Part shown: positions 29,734 to 38,862 of the stretch, one piece after another | Layout of the letters: the number at the start of each line of letters is the position of its first letter | Numbering within the stretch: position 1 is the first letter of the stretch | Program-made: the position numbers and the translations under genes | Notes under the pieces: generated by a model | Database searches by the model: none | What the model saw: only the letters and a program-made list of their open reading frames with translations | What the model was told of the DNA's origin: nothing | Source of the DNA: Nibricoccus sp. | GTDB taxonomy: Bacteria; Verrucomicrobiota; Verrucomicrobiia; Opitutales; Opitutaceae | Direction of reading: 5' to 3' | NCBI GenBank assembly: GCA_047602425.1 | Contig: JASGHG010000001.1 | Location: 1,056,001 to 1,120,000 of the forward strand | Length of the DNA: 64,000 bases

Positions 29734-31128
29734 TCATTGCAGCTTGTAGGGACGCCTGAGAATACGCGCGTAAAGTTCGTCGAAGGCCGCGCCTGTGCGC
29801 TGATCCGCGATATTTTCGCCGGTGCGAATGGTTTTTGTCGGTAGAAAATTGTTCACGAGCACGCAGTAGTCGCGATTGACCATGATGCCGAGGAGTTCGC
29901 CGGTCTTACTCAGCACGAGATCGCCGGCCGAGGTCGAAAAATCGCCAAACAGGCGTTTCATGAGCCGATTGTCCATACGCACGTAACTGGGTTCCTCCGG
30001 ATCGAGCTTGAACGCAACCTCGCCGTAACCCGTGCCGCCATTGCTGATCAGCACGGCTTCCGGAAATTTAAAAGGCTCCAGCGCCGTTTGGTATATCTTT
30101 ACTCCGATCGCCTTGGCCTGCGCCGGATCGACTGGAATCGCGATGATGCGCGGATCGCACGAAAGGAAACGGATGTCGGGCGCGCCGCCCTTGTAAGCGC
30201 CTTTGGCAAACGTCACGGTCAGCTTGTCGAGATCGAGCGAATTCTCCCGCAGCACAAACGGCGTGTCGTCCACATGCACCAATGCGTAGACTTGCTTGCC
30301 GTCCGCGACGAAGACCGTTTTTGCCTCTTTCGTCTTGTTTCCCGGACCGAAGAGAGAAGCGCGGGCGGCGTTGAAGGTCGTGCTAACGCGGTTCGCGAGA
30401 AAATCGTTGAAAAGCGTATTGGCGTTGATCGGGCGGTTTTCGCGGATTTCGGTCGTGAGCTGGTTCGATTGTTGTGCGAGTTGGCCCACGCCTTGGGCCA
30501 GCTGTACGGTGGTTTCCTGTACTTTCTGGCGCTCTGTGCGCTCAGCTTCGACCTGCGTCTTGAGCGATTCGGCGCTTTCCTTGAGCAGAAGTTTTTCCTG
30601 CTCGGCGACTTTCACCGCCACGCTGAGATTTTCGATCTTGGAGCGTGCCTCGGCTTGCGCGGCTTCCATTTGCGCGAGTTGTTGTTTCTGGCGCTCGGCT
30701 TCGGCCTGGCGTTGCTCAAGGTCGCGCTGCAATTGCGCCAGACGCTCCTTCGACATCGCCGCTTCCTGTGTGACGGTTTCGACGCGACGGCTGAGCTCCT
30801 GCGCATTGCGTTGGGTTTCCGTGAGCGTGTTGGCGAGGCGCGATTTTTCAGACTCCAGTGAATTCAGGTTTTTCTCGCGGTCCTGTAAATTGGTTTGGGT
30901 CGTCTGAAGCTCCTGCGCGAGTTGCTGGCGCTGGGCACGTTCGTCTTCGAGGGAAAGCTTCATCATGTCTACCATGTCGGTCTTGGTCGTGGCCTGATTA
31001 CCCCCGCTGGCCATCGCGGGCACGGGCGCTTGTTGCGGGCGTGCAGGCTCTGACTTTTCCCAATTGGTCAACGCAAGGATGTTGAGCAAAAGGAAATCGC
31101 AGATAACAAGGAGGAGAGTCTTGTTCAT
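29734..31128 (-). CDS. membrane-anchored coiled-coil protein with an ExbD/MotB-like Asp helix and a trypsin-like C-terminal domain
   Basis: N-terminal LLLVICDFLLLNILAL; Q/E-rich coiled coil of about 180 aa; ...YALVHV...DPRIIAI...STSAGDLVLSKTGELLGIMV. Confidence 0.7.
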   Translation of the reverse strand: MNKTLLLVICDFLLLNILALTNWEKSEPARPQQAPVPAMASGGNQATTKTDMVDMMKLSLEDERAQRQQLAQELQTTQTNLQDREKNLNSLESEKSRLANTLTETQRNAQELSRRVETVTQEAAMSKERLAQLQRDLEQRQAEAERQKQQLAQMEAAQAEARSKIENLSVAVKVAEQEKLLLKESAESLKTQVEAERTERQKVQETTVQLAQGVGQLAQQSNQLTTEIRENRPINANTLFNDFLANRVSTTFNAARASLFGPGNKTKEAKTVFVADGKQVYALVHVDDTPFVLRENSLDLDKLTVTFAKGAYKGGAPDIRFLSCDPRIIAIPVDPAQAKAIGVKIYQTALEPFKFPEAVLISNGGTGYGEVAFKLDPEEPSYVRMDNRLMKRLFGDFSTSAGDLVLSKTGELLGIMVNRDYCVLVNNFLPTKTIRTGENIADQRTGAAFDELYARILRRPYKLQ

Positions 31129-31137
31129 GACGCTTGG

Positions 31138-32925
31138 TTAGGCAGTCTTCGAAGCAGGGGGCGGCGGAGGTGGCGTGGCGGCGGAAGGCGCGGCGGGGGT
31201 CGGGACTTTGGCGGGGGCTATCTGGGCGAGCGGTGTGGGTTTCGCCGCGGGCACGGAGGCCACCAATGCGGCGGGCATGGCTGGCGCGGGCGCCTGGCTG
31301 TCGAGAATCAACTGGCGCTTGTAGGGACGCACGTGGCGAATTTTCACGAGCGCTACACAGGTGATGCCAAAAAGATTCGACGAGTAGGCCGCGAGCAGGT
31401 TGGCGGGCACGATGCCCAGAACCTGCAGGACCAGCGACATCGCCGTACCGCCAATGCCGATATAGAGGCCGCCGTCGAAAAGGTTCTCCTCGTTTTCCAT
31501 GAGGCGCAGCTTGACCAGCGGCGAGACGGACGAGCGCGAGATCTCGCGGATTTTTCGCAGGCAGAACAGATACATCGCGACCTGCAGCGCGGCGAAGAAG
31601 ATGATCGAAGCTATCGTTTTTGTTTCCATGGTGACAGGGGGAGAAGGCGGCGTTTGAGGTTGAACATCAGAGGTGTTGGCAAGAACAGGAATGGTGATCT
31701 TAAAGCGAAATTCCGAAGGGGGAGCAGCCTTCAATAAAAATGGTTCGGTCGCCACCACGAGCAGACCAGCCGTCAGGATGGCCAGCACGCTACTCTGCAT
31801 GCGCAACGGAGACCCGTGACCGACATGCGATTCGACGAACTCCCTTTGCAAACCGGCAAATAGGCAAAAAGCGCCGAGGAGAAATCCTACATATTTCAAA
31901 ACAAGAGTGATTCGCGGATACAGTAATGCCACTTCCGCAATCCAACCCAACGCGGGCCCGGCCTTCCGGTTGATTGGCACTTGGTAGAGCATCAATTGCT
32001 GCACGGCGCCCTGGCCGTACGAGAGTGAAAGCTTCAGGTCCTCAAGCCCCGTTTTGCCGTATTGGATCAAATAGGAAGCAACACGATCCGCAGAATTGGA
32101 GAAAAGCGCGGCCGTATAAATCAGCGGCAGATTCTCGGTCGCGAGACGCGAAAGGTGCGCGTACTCCCCCACCGTTTTGGCATTGTTGGTCGTGCGAAGA
32201 AGCTCGCATAACTGCACCCAATCGAGACGTTTGCCGAGGGAAAGCAGGTCGATATAAAACGTTTCCAACTCGCCCATTTCCTTCTGCGTCACGGAGGCCT
32301 CAGCCATTCCGCGCAACTCGCGTTGAAGCGAGCCCGAGAGGTGATCGCCCTGATAGAGCAGCGCCGTGAGCAAAATCACGGCATCGAGCGCCTGGCCGCC
32401 CGCGCGTTTTGCCGGTACAAACTGGGTCGTCTTTTCGATCTCGCGGGTTTGCAACACCGCCTGCACACCCAGCGAACGTGAGTTATTAAGGTACGTCAGC
32501 AGGTTCTGGCGGGCTTTGGTCGTGATAAAGAAAGTGAGGACGGGCGTGCTCTCCTTGCGGCCCGTGTTTTCCTTCAGATTAAAAAGCGGATCGAGAAAAG
32601 GATCCCAACCACCCCATGCCACCCATTCGGGACGTCGTGTAGCCACATCACGGATACCGCGATCGAGCGCGGAAGACTTTGGATCCTCCACCAAACGCGC
32701 CGCCGCCAGCACCAATTCCGCAGGGCCAAGCTTTTCGGAATCAAGGATCTGTTTGCCAAACGTCGCCACCGAAGGCGACTCGAGGCCGGCTTGCTTGAGT
32801 ACGGCGGGCGTCACCGACTTCAGATTCACCGGCACCATCCAGGCAACCAGCAACAAGACAATGCCGGCGCAGAGCCATGCCAGCGCCGCAGGCAGATTCT
32901 TGCCGTTGCCTGATGAAGTTGTCAT
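31138..32925 (-). CDS. polytopic membrane protein with a MotA/TolQ/ExbB-like C-terminal channel region
   Basis: N-terminal TM, large soluble domain, several TMs; LYIGIGGTAMSL...NLLAAYSSNLFGI; Pro/Ala tail. Confidence 0.7.
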   Translation of the reverse strand: MTTSSGNGKNLPAALAWLCAGIVLLLVAWMVPVNLKSVTPAVLKQAGLESPSVATFGKQILDSEKLGPAELVLAAARLVEDPKSSALDRGIRDVATRRPEWVAWGGWDPFLDPLFNLKENTGRKESTPVLTFFITTKARQNLLTYLNNSRSLGVQAVLQTREIEKTTQFVPAKRAGGQALDAVILLTALLYQGDHLSGSLQRELRGMAEASVTQKEMGELETFYIDLLSLGKRLDWVQLCELLRTTNNAKTVGEYAHLSRLATENLPLIYTAALFSNSADRVASYLIQYGKTGLEDLKLSLSYGQGAVQQLMLYQVPINRKAGPALGWIAEVALLYPRITLVLKYVGFLLGAFCLFAGLQREFVESHVGHGSPLRMQSSVLAILTAGLLVVATEPFLLKAAPPSEFRFKITIPVLANTSDVQPQTPPSPPVTMETKTIASIIFFAALQVAMYLFCLRKIREISRSSVSPLVKLRLMENEENLFDGGLYIGIGGTAMSLVLQVLGIVPANLLAAYSSNLFGITCVALVKIRHVRPYKRQLILDSQAPAPAMPAALVASVPAAKPTPLAQIAPAKVPTPAAPSAATPPPPPPASKTA

Positions 32926-32992
32926 GCTAGTGATCTGGAATATTTATTTGCGAGCTGCCGATTGCAAACCCACGATTCACCAAAATCGACCC

Positions 32993-33568
32993 ATGTCGTT
33001 GCCAATTGTTCACTACAACTCGCCTGTCCTCCGTAAGAAAGGTGCAAAAATCACCGTATTCGACACCGCTTTGCGCAAGCTGGCGGACGACATGATTGCC
33101 AGCATGCACGAAGCGCGCGGCATCGGGCTTGCCGCTCAACAAATCGGCCAGGCGATCCAACTTTGCGTGGTCGATCTGCGCGAAGCCGAGGCCGATTTTA
33201 CGTGGGAACTCGACGGCGCCCATCCGCCCTTGGAGCTGTTCATGCCGATGGTGATCGTCAATCCCGAGCTCACGCTCCTCCCCTCGCCCAAAGAATCCTA
33301 CGAGGAAGGCTGCCTTTCGTTTCCCGACATTCGTGGCGATATCGACCGGCCCGACGCGATTTCGGTCAAATTTCAGGACGCCGACGGCACGCCGCATCAG
33401 ATGACGTGCAATGGACTCTTCGCGCGCTGCATCCAACACGAGGTCGACCATCTCAATGGTGTTCTCTTTATCGACCGCATGTCGAAAAAAGTCCGCAGCC
33501 CCCTCGAAAAAGCCATCAAGCAGCTCGCGCAGGAAACGAAGGAAGCGAGCAAGGCGGAAAACAAATAA
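32993..33568 (+). CDS. def: peptide deformylase
   Basis: GIGLAAQQIG, EEGCLS, QHEVDHLNG. Start at ATG 32993. Confidence 0.96.
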   Translation: MSLPIVHYNSPVLRKKGAKITVFDTALRKLADDMIASMHEARGIGLAAQQIGQAIQLCVVDLREAEADFTWELDGAHPPLELFMPMVIVNPELTLLPSPKESYEEGCLSFPDIRGDIDRPDAISVKFQDADGTPHQMTCNGLFARCIQHEVDHLNGVLFIDRMSKKVRSPLEKAIKQLAQETKEASKAENK

Positions 33569-33636
33569 CGCGAGGCAACCACTGACGAGGTCCAAGGCCG
33601 CGTGCATTCACACGACCTTGAAAAACGCCGTTCAGT

Positions 33637-35178
33637 TTACAACAAATCAGCCGCGAGTTCGGCGAGCTTCGAGCGCTCGCCTTTCGTCAACGTGATGTGC
33701 GCCGCGATGGACTGGCCTTTCATGCGGTTGTGGCAGAAAACCAAACCGTTGCTACGCGAATCGACGTAGGGATTGTCGATTTGGGCTGGGTCGCCAATGA
33801 GCACGATCTTCGATCCCTCGGAAATGCGCGTGATCACCGTTTTTACCTCGTGAGGCGTCAACTGCTGCGCTTCATCGAGAATAAAAAAGCGGCGGGCAAT
33901 CGAGCGTCCGCGGATGAAGCAAAGCGCTTCGACTTCGACCAATCCGCTCTTGATCAGCCGCTCGTACGGCTTGATGACCGGACCGTTGTTGTGACTGTGG
34001 CCGTTGCCGCTCACGTGTGCAGGCTGCGGCGTATTCATCGCCATCACCATGTCGTCGTGCTTCTTCTTTTTCTTTTTGGAAACCTTCTTCGACGCAAACT
34101 GCGGCTCCTTTGGCGGTTTTGACGGGATAAGCACTTCAAGCGCGTCGAAATACGGCTGCAACCAAGGCTTCATTTTTTCGTCGAGCGTACCGGGCAGAAA
34201 ACCGATGTCCTTGCCAAGCGAAATCACCGGGCGCGAGATCGAAACGCCGTCGTATTTCGAATTTTCGTCCTGCGTCTGGTAAAGCGCGCAAGCGGTCGAA
34301 ATCAGGGTCTTGCCCGTGCCGGCTTTGCCGAAACACGTGATAAGACCAACCGAATCGTCGAGCAGCGCGTCCATGAAAAACTGCTGTTCAAGATTGCGGG
34401 CGCGAATGGGAATGCCGCCGGGCGCTTTGACGAATTCCGGAATCTTCAGGCGGCGCACGATGTTGTCGCCATAATAGCGCGCGGGCATCGTCTTGCCTTC
34501 GTGTGAACGCAGGAGGACGTACTCGTTGAGATGAAGTTTTTTCGCCTCGGCTTCCTCAAGTTCGAACTCGCCTTCGGAACAAAAGCGTTGGAGCTCGTAA
34601 ATGGTTACGGGGATTTCCGGGTAAGCGACTTCCTCAACCAATTCCGGAACCTTGTCATTGAGGTAATCTTCCGATTCCAGTCCGACCGCGCGCGCCTTGA
34701 GCTGCACATTGACGTCTTTCGTCACCAGAATCGTCGGTGGCGGAAAACGTTCCTGCACGAAGAGCGCACAGGCGATGATGCGGTTGTCCTTTTTACCGAG
34801 GTCCGGCAGCACCGCGCGAAAACGCTGCATGGCCGGGCTAGTGAAATTCTGGTCCACGAGGTAGCGGTTGATCACGACGGACAGCGTGCCGCCGTTTTCG
34901 AGCTGTACACCTTCGAGCATGGTGCGCGAATCGGGAAGCAGTTCCTGCAGGATGCGGTGCACGCGGCGTGCGTTGCGCCCCCGCTCGGTCGACTGCTCGG
35001 TTTTAATGGCGTCCAGCTCCTCCAAAACCTCGACGGGAATTACGAGGTTATTGTCCTGAAACTTGTAGATCGACTGTGGATCGTGAAGCAGGACGTTGGT
35101 GTCCAGGACAAAGGTTTTAACCTTTGCTGAGACCTTGAGCTGCGGTTGAGGTTCGCTGACCTTGCTCAGGTGTTCCAT
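33637..35178 (-). CDS. PIN-PhoH fusion (PhoH2 family ATPase/RNase)
   Basis: FVLDTNVLLHDP (PIN), VTKDVNVQLKA, GKAGTGKT, DIGFLPG, FIRGRSI, DEAQQLT, GDPAQID. Start at ATG 35178. Confidence 0.93.
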   Translation of the reverse strand: MEHLSKVSEPQPQLKVSAKVKTFVLDTNVLLHDPQSIYKFQDNNLVIPVEVLEELDAIKTEQSTERGRNARRVHRILQELLPDSRTMLEGVQLENGGTLSVVINRYLVDQNFTSPAMQRFRAVLPDLGKKDNRIIACALFVQERFPPPTILVTKDVNVQLKARAVGLESEDYLNDKVPELVEEVAYPEIPVTIYELQRFCSEGEFELEEAEAKKLHLNEYVLLRSHEGKTMPARYYGDNIVRRLKIPEFVKAPGGIPIRARNLEQQFFMDALLDDSVGLITCFGKAGTGKTLISTACALYQTQDENSKYDGVSISRPVISLGKDIGFLPGTLDEKMKPWLQPYFDALEVLIPSKPPKEPQFASKKVSKKKKKKHDDMVMAMNTPQPAHVSGNGHSHNNGPVIKPYERLIKSGLVEVEALCFIRGRSIARRFFILDEAQQLTPHEVKTVITRISEGSKIVLIGDPAQIDNPYVDSRSNGLVFCHNRMKGQSIAAHITLTKGERSKLAELAADLL

Positions 35179-35198
35179 TGTGGATAACTTGTGGATAA
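35179..35198 (-). promoter_or_regulatory. two tandem consensus DnaA boxes
   Basis: Minus strand TTATCCACA-ag-TTATCCACA-ATG. Confidence 0.75.
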
Positions 35199-35321
35199 CC
35201 GTGCATGTGGTTTGCAGTTTGTCGAGCACGTCCGCGAGAAACTGAAAAAATAAATTTTCTGTGAGAGAATTTTCCCGCGCGCGGAGCTGTGTATCGGAAT
35301 TTCCCCGACGGCCCTCTTCGG

Positions 35322-35363
35322 AAAAAAAAGTGGGCGGATCGCCTACCCCTAAGCGATCCGCCC
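35322..35363 (-). terminator. intrinsic terminator
   Basis: gggcggatcgc / gcgatccgccc stem followed by 8 T on the minus strand. Confidence 0.85.
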
Positions 35364-35422
35364 TTAACTTTCTTTGTTACCCCAATAATACTCCGCTAAG
35401 CGGAGGCTATTGTACGAACATA
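35322..35422 (-). ncRNA. candidate small RNA (about 100 nt)
   Basis: Sits between a TGAAAC-N16-CGTC promoter motif and an 11-bp GC terminator with a U8 tail; internal hairpin ctccgc-tta-gcggag. Confidence 0.5.
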
Positions 35423-35428
35423 GAGTAG

Positions 35429-35454
35429 GACGCAGCAGCCTCGAAAATGTTTCA
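35429..35454 (-). promoter_or_regulatory. ECF-sigma-type promoter motif
   Basis: TGAAAC-attttcgaggctgctg-CGTC (16-nt spacer). Confidence 0.55.
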
Positions 35455-35505
35455 AAAATCTTCGGCCTAATTTCCGCCAAACAATTCTTCCAGTCCGATA
35501 ACGAA

Positions 35506-35541
35506 AACGCGCCCGCCGGAATTCCTCCGGCACGGGCGCGC
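35506..35541 (-). terminator. terminator-like hairpin after the receiver genes
   Basis: gcgcccgccgga-attcc-tccggcacgggcgc with an adjacent T run on the minus strand. Confidence 0.6.
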
Positions 35542-35562
35542 GAAATGTGAAGCGAACAACCG

Positions 35563-35946
35563 TTATTTCTTAAGCAAAGCCGTTACCCGGGCAAACAAGT
35601 CACGAATGCTAAAGGGCTTGGCGAGGAAATCGACGTTATCGCTCTCGAAGACCCCATGGACCACGACGTCATCTGCGTAACCCGACATGACGAGCACGCG
35701 GATATTGGGACGTTTTTTCAAAATTTTTCCGGCAAGCTCCATGCCGTCGACGTCGGGCATGACCAGATCGATGATGACGAGGTCGATGTTTTCGCCTTTT
35801 TTCGATTCGAGAATCGGCATCGCCTCGGCGCCTTTGCTCGTGACGGTCACTTGGTAGCCGCGGCTGGTGAGCGCCTCTTCCACCAGCGTCAACGCTTGTT
35901 CGTTGTCATCGACCACTAAAATGGAGTGCTGCTCTTTGGCTTTCAC
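35563..35946 (-). CDS. single-domain response regulator
   Basis: ILVVDD, DLVIIDLVMPDVDG, MSGY, LAKPF. Confidence 0.92.
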   Translation of the reverse strand: MKAKEQHSILVVDDNEQALTLVEEALTSRGYQVTVTSKGAEAMPILESKKGENIDLVIIDLVMPDVDGMELAGKILKKRPNIRVLVMSGYADDVVVHGVFESDNVDFLAKPFSIRDLFARVTALLKK

Positions 35947-36509
35947 GTTTTTTGGATGTAGGTACTAGTTGGGTGGAGGCTCTGAAAAACTTGGAAACGG
36001 GCAAGTGCTTGTCTGATTCCGCGGATGATATCGACAGGATCTTGCGTTTTTTCAACAAAACTACACGGCTCCAGCCACTTTACGTCCTCCAAGAAAGCGG
36101 GATTGGGCAAACTGGAGATAAAAAGTACGGGAACGCTCTTCGAAAACCGGCGGACCGAACCAGCCAGCTTCAGCCCGTCCTGCTCCTGCATCCGCATATC
36201 CATAACCACCAGGTCGGGTGACGTGCGAATAATGCCATCAAGGGCGCTGGCCTCGTCGTGGCCAACCCCGCAAACCGCCAGATCGGCCTGAATGTTAATG
36301 AGCGACGTCAGGGCAAACGAAAAAAACCGGTGGTCGTCCACAATGAACACACGCGAAAGCCACGGCTGACTTGTGCCGGCGAGGGACTTGGGTTCAGTGG
36401 GTTTGCCTCTCTCGTCCATGGGGATGCTGACAGGGTTTTCAGTAGTTGGTTTTATCAAATCCGAAAAATACACGTAACGTTTTTGATAAAAGTCGGAATT
36501 GGTTGTCAC
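35943..36509 (-). CDS. NarL-like receiver protein lacking a DNA-binding domain (start uncertain)
   Basis: VFIVDDH, PDLVVMDMRM, FVEK; no HTH follows; overlaps the next gene by 4 nt. Confidence 0.8.
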   Translation of the reverse strand: MTTNSDFYQKRYVYFSDLIKPTTENPVSIPMDERGKPTEPKSLAGTSQPWLSRVFIVDDHRFFSFALTSLINIQADLAVCGVGHDEASALDGIIRTSPDLVVMDMRMQEQDGLKLAGSVRRFSKSVPVLFISSLPNPAFLEDVKWLEPCSFVEKTQDPVDIIRGIRQALARFQVFQSLHPTSTYIQKT

Positions 36510-36684
36510 AAGCCATGTGCGATATGATGTTGCTGTCCCTCAAAATTGGTCACCTCATCACCCAGTCAAGGATGGACCCCCTTGCGCTTGTTCTTTAATG
36601 GAAACCACTACGGATGCCCAAGCGATTCCCCTTAGTTTCCTCGAAAAACCAGCAAATTTAGAGTTAAAACTGCCCGCATAAAAC

Positions 36685-37800
36685 ATGAGTCTCGCTTCGA
36701 ACATCCGTCCACAAAAGTCCAAAAAAAATATCGCACGGACGGGCGTGGCCAAGGTTCGAACTTCCATGAGTCACCTGCTGCGTTCGCAAACGCCCTCGGG
36801 CAAAACGGCACCCAACTGGGCGCAAGAGGCAATTTTCAATCATGCCGGCGTCATCGTCTGGGAAGGAATGACCGAACCTCTCAGCGCCACTAAACTATTT
36901 CCCTCGGACAGCCCCCTCCTGAACCGGCTTCAAATAGTTCGAAAAGCGGGTGTAGTGCAATGGATGGAATCGATTCATCCGCTGGACAAAGACCGCGTCA
37001 GCCGTGCCTTCCGCTCGTTGGCCGCTGCGCCGTTCAGCATCGATTACCGGATGGTTTCGTCCGACGACGAATTCGTCTGGGTGCGTCACTCGATCGTCAG
37101 CGTCGAACAGAACATCGCTCCCCTTTTCGCCCAAGGTTTTGTGCGCGACATCCAGACCGAGAAAGAGCTGGAGTTGGAAAGCCTCCGCATCAGCGAACGC
37201 GAGCAAAACCGCATCGGTCAGGATCTGCACGATGACCTTTGCCAAGTGCTTGCCGGCGTGAGTTGCCTGATGCGCGTCGCCGAAGGCCGGCTCTCTGCCA
37301 AAGTGCCCGAGGAGGTTCCGGCTATCGCCGAACTCAATCAGCAGATCATCGAAGCGATGCATCGCACACGCGCCCTGACCCATGGTCTTTTCCCGGGCAA
37401 AGTTCAAATTTCCGATGTTCGCGGTGCCTTGCTGGAGCTTATTCAGCAAGTCCAAGCGCGGTTTCAAGTGGATGTGAAGCCGCAATTTTCCGGACGCTTT
37501 CCCCGCCACACGACGGACCAGATCATCCAAATTTATCGCCTGACTCAGGAAGCTATCAGCAACGCTATCAAGCATGGGCACGCAACTTGCATAGAAGTGC
37601 GTCTTGAAGCCCAAGATGCAAACATGTCTCTTTCCATCACCGACAACGGATCAGGCTTGAGTCAAAATGAACCTGGTGGAAATGGTGTTGGTCACCACAT
37701 CATGCAATATCGGACCCGCACCCTCGGAGGCGAACTTAGCATTCGCAACGCCCCGGACCGCGGAGTCGTTGTGCGTCTCACCTATCCCTTCCTGCATTGA
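36685..37800 (+). CDS. PAS-containing sensor histidine kinase (HisKA_3, NarX/UhpB type)
   Basis: IHPLDK PAS, EQNRIGQDLHDDLCQ, QEAISNAIKHG, DNGSG. Confidence 0.92.
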   Translation: MSLASNIRPQKSKKNIARTGVAKVRTSMSHLLRSQTPSGKTAPNWAQEAIFNHAGVIVWEGMTEPLSATKLFPSDSPLLNRLQIVRKAGVVQWMESIHPLDKDRVSRAFRSLAAAPFSIDYRMVSSDDEFVWVRHSIVSVEQNIAPLFAQGFVRDIQTEKELELESLRISEREQNRIGQDLHDDLCQVLAGVSCLMRVAEGRLSAKVPEEVPAIAELNQQIIEAMHRTRALTHGLFPGKVQISDVRGALLELIQQVQARFQVDVKPQFSGRFPRHTTDQIIQIYRLTQEAISNAIKHGHATCIEVRLEAQDANMSLSITDNGSGLSQNEPGGNGVGHHIMQYRTRTLGGELSIRNAPDRGVVVRLTYPFLH

Positions 37801-37809
37801 TTTTGCCTC

Positions 37810-38472
37810 ATGGTCCCAAAAACAACCATTTTCATCGTCGATGATCACCCGCTGCTCCGCCGTGGACTTGCCGAATTGATCAACCGCGAACCGGATATGG
37901 TATTTTGCGGCGAGGCCGAAGACTCACCTTCGGCCATGAAACAAATTATCCAAGTCAAACCTGACCTGGTGATTGTCGATATTTCCCTCAAAGGCTACAA
38001 CGGCATCGAGCTGATCAAAAACATCAAAGCCTTCGATCAAAAGATCCAGGTTCTCGTCCTCTCCATGCATGACGAGTCGATCTATGCCATGCGCGTCCTC
38101 AAAGCCGGCGCCAAGGCCTACGTGATGAAGCAGGAAGTGACCGAAAAAGTCATGGACGCTGTCCGCCGCATTCGTGCAGGCAAAGTATTTGTTAGCGAAC
38201 GTGTTGCCAGCCGGATGCTCGATCAAGTGGTCGTCGGCGGCGATCCGACGTCCGATTCGCCCGTCGACATCTTGAGCGACCGCGAACTGGAAATCGTTAA
38301 TATGATCGGCAACGGCCTGCCCACCCGCGAAATCGCCGGCAAGCTTCACATTAGCATCAAGACCGTGGAGTCCCACCGCGCCCGCATCAAAGAAAAGCTC
38401 AACTTGGAAAACGCCATTCAGCTTGTGCAGTTTTGCGTGCGGTGGGTTGAAGAAGGCTCAAAAAATACCTGA
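37810..38472 (+). CDS. NarL/LuxR family response regulator
   Basis: IVDDHPL, VDISL, LSDRELEI...IAGKLHISIKTVESHR HTH. Confidence 0.95.
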   Translation: MVPKTTIFIVDDHPLLRRGLAELINREPDMVFCGEAEDSPSAMKQIIQVKPDLVIVDISLKGYNGIELIKNIKAFDQKIQVLVLSMHDESIYAMRVLKAGAKAYVMKQEVTEKVMDAVRRIRAGKVFVSERVASRMLDQVVVGGDPTSDSPVDILSDRELEIVNMIGNGLPTREIAGKLHISIKTVESHRARIKEKLNLENAIQLVQFCVRWVEEGSKNT

Positions 38473-38550
38473 CCGCGAAAATTTCGCCACGGTTGCTCCC
38501 TGAAGCGTTAACCGCGCCGTGGGCAACCGGCTCTCAGAGCCAGTAAATTC

Positions 38551-38862
38551 TCAGAAAGGCGGTGGTTCGGCAGGGCGTTTTTTGGGCCGGGGCGCGACCC
38601 ATAACCGCAGAAAATGCTCCGACAGGTTGCGCATGCTGATGCGGCGCAAGCCCTCGCGCTCCACCATGCTCTTCAAGGCCGGCACCACACCTGCCCGCTC
38701 CACGTAATAACGCCAAAGTTCTGCCTCGATCGCCGAGGCGGCCTGCGACAAATCGACAAACTTCGACGCAAAGTCGCGAACTTTATACTCCCAGAAGTGT
38801 CTCTCGTCGCGATTTGTCTCAATGTAATCGAAAATCTGTTGCTCGCTGCGGTTAAGGCTCAC
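38551..38862 (-). CDS. hypothetical protein
   Basis: GTG start preceded by GGAGG; MSLNRSEQQIFDYI...SMRNLSEHFLRLW. Confidence 0.7.
   Translation of the reverse strand: MSLNRSEQQIFDYIETNRDERHFWEYKVRDFASKFVDLSQAASAIEAELWRYYVERAGVVPALKSMVEREGLRRISMRNLSEHFLRLWVAPRPKKRPAEPPPF

Noticed and set aside
32366..32992. Apparent 209-aa N-terminal extension of peptide deformylase
   Set aside because: It overlaps the opposite-strand membrane protein gene; Def homology starts at ATG 32993.
33985..34125. Lys/His-rich insertion in PIN-PhoH (KKVSKKKKKKHDD...)
   Set aside because: A low-complexity loop with no intein or repeat-element hallmarks.
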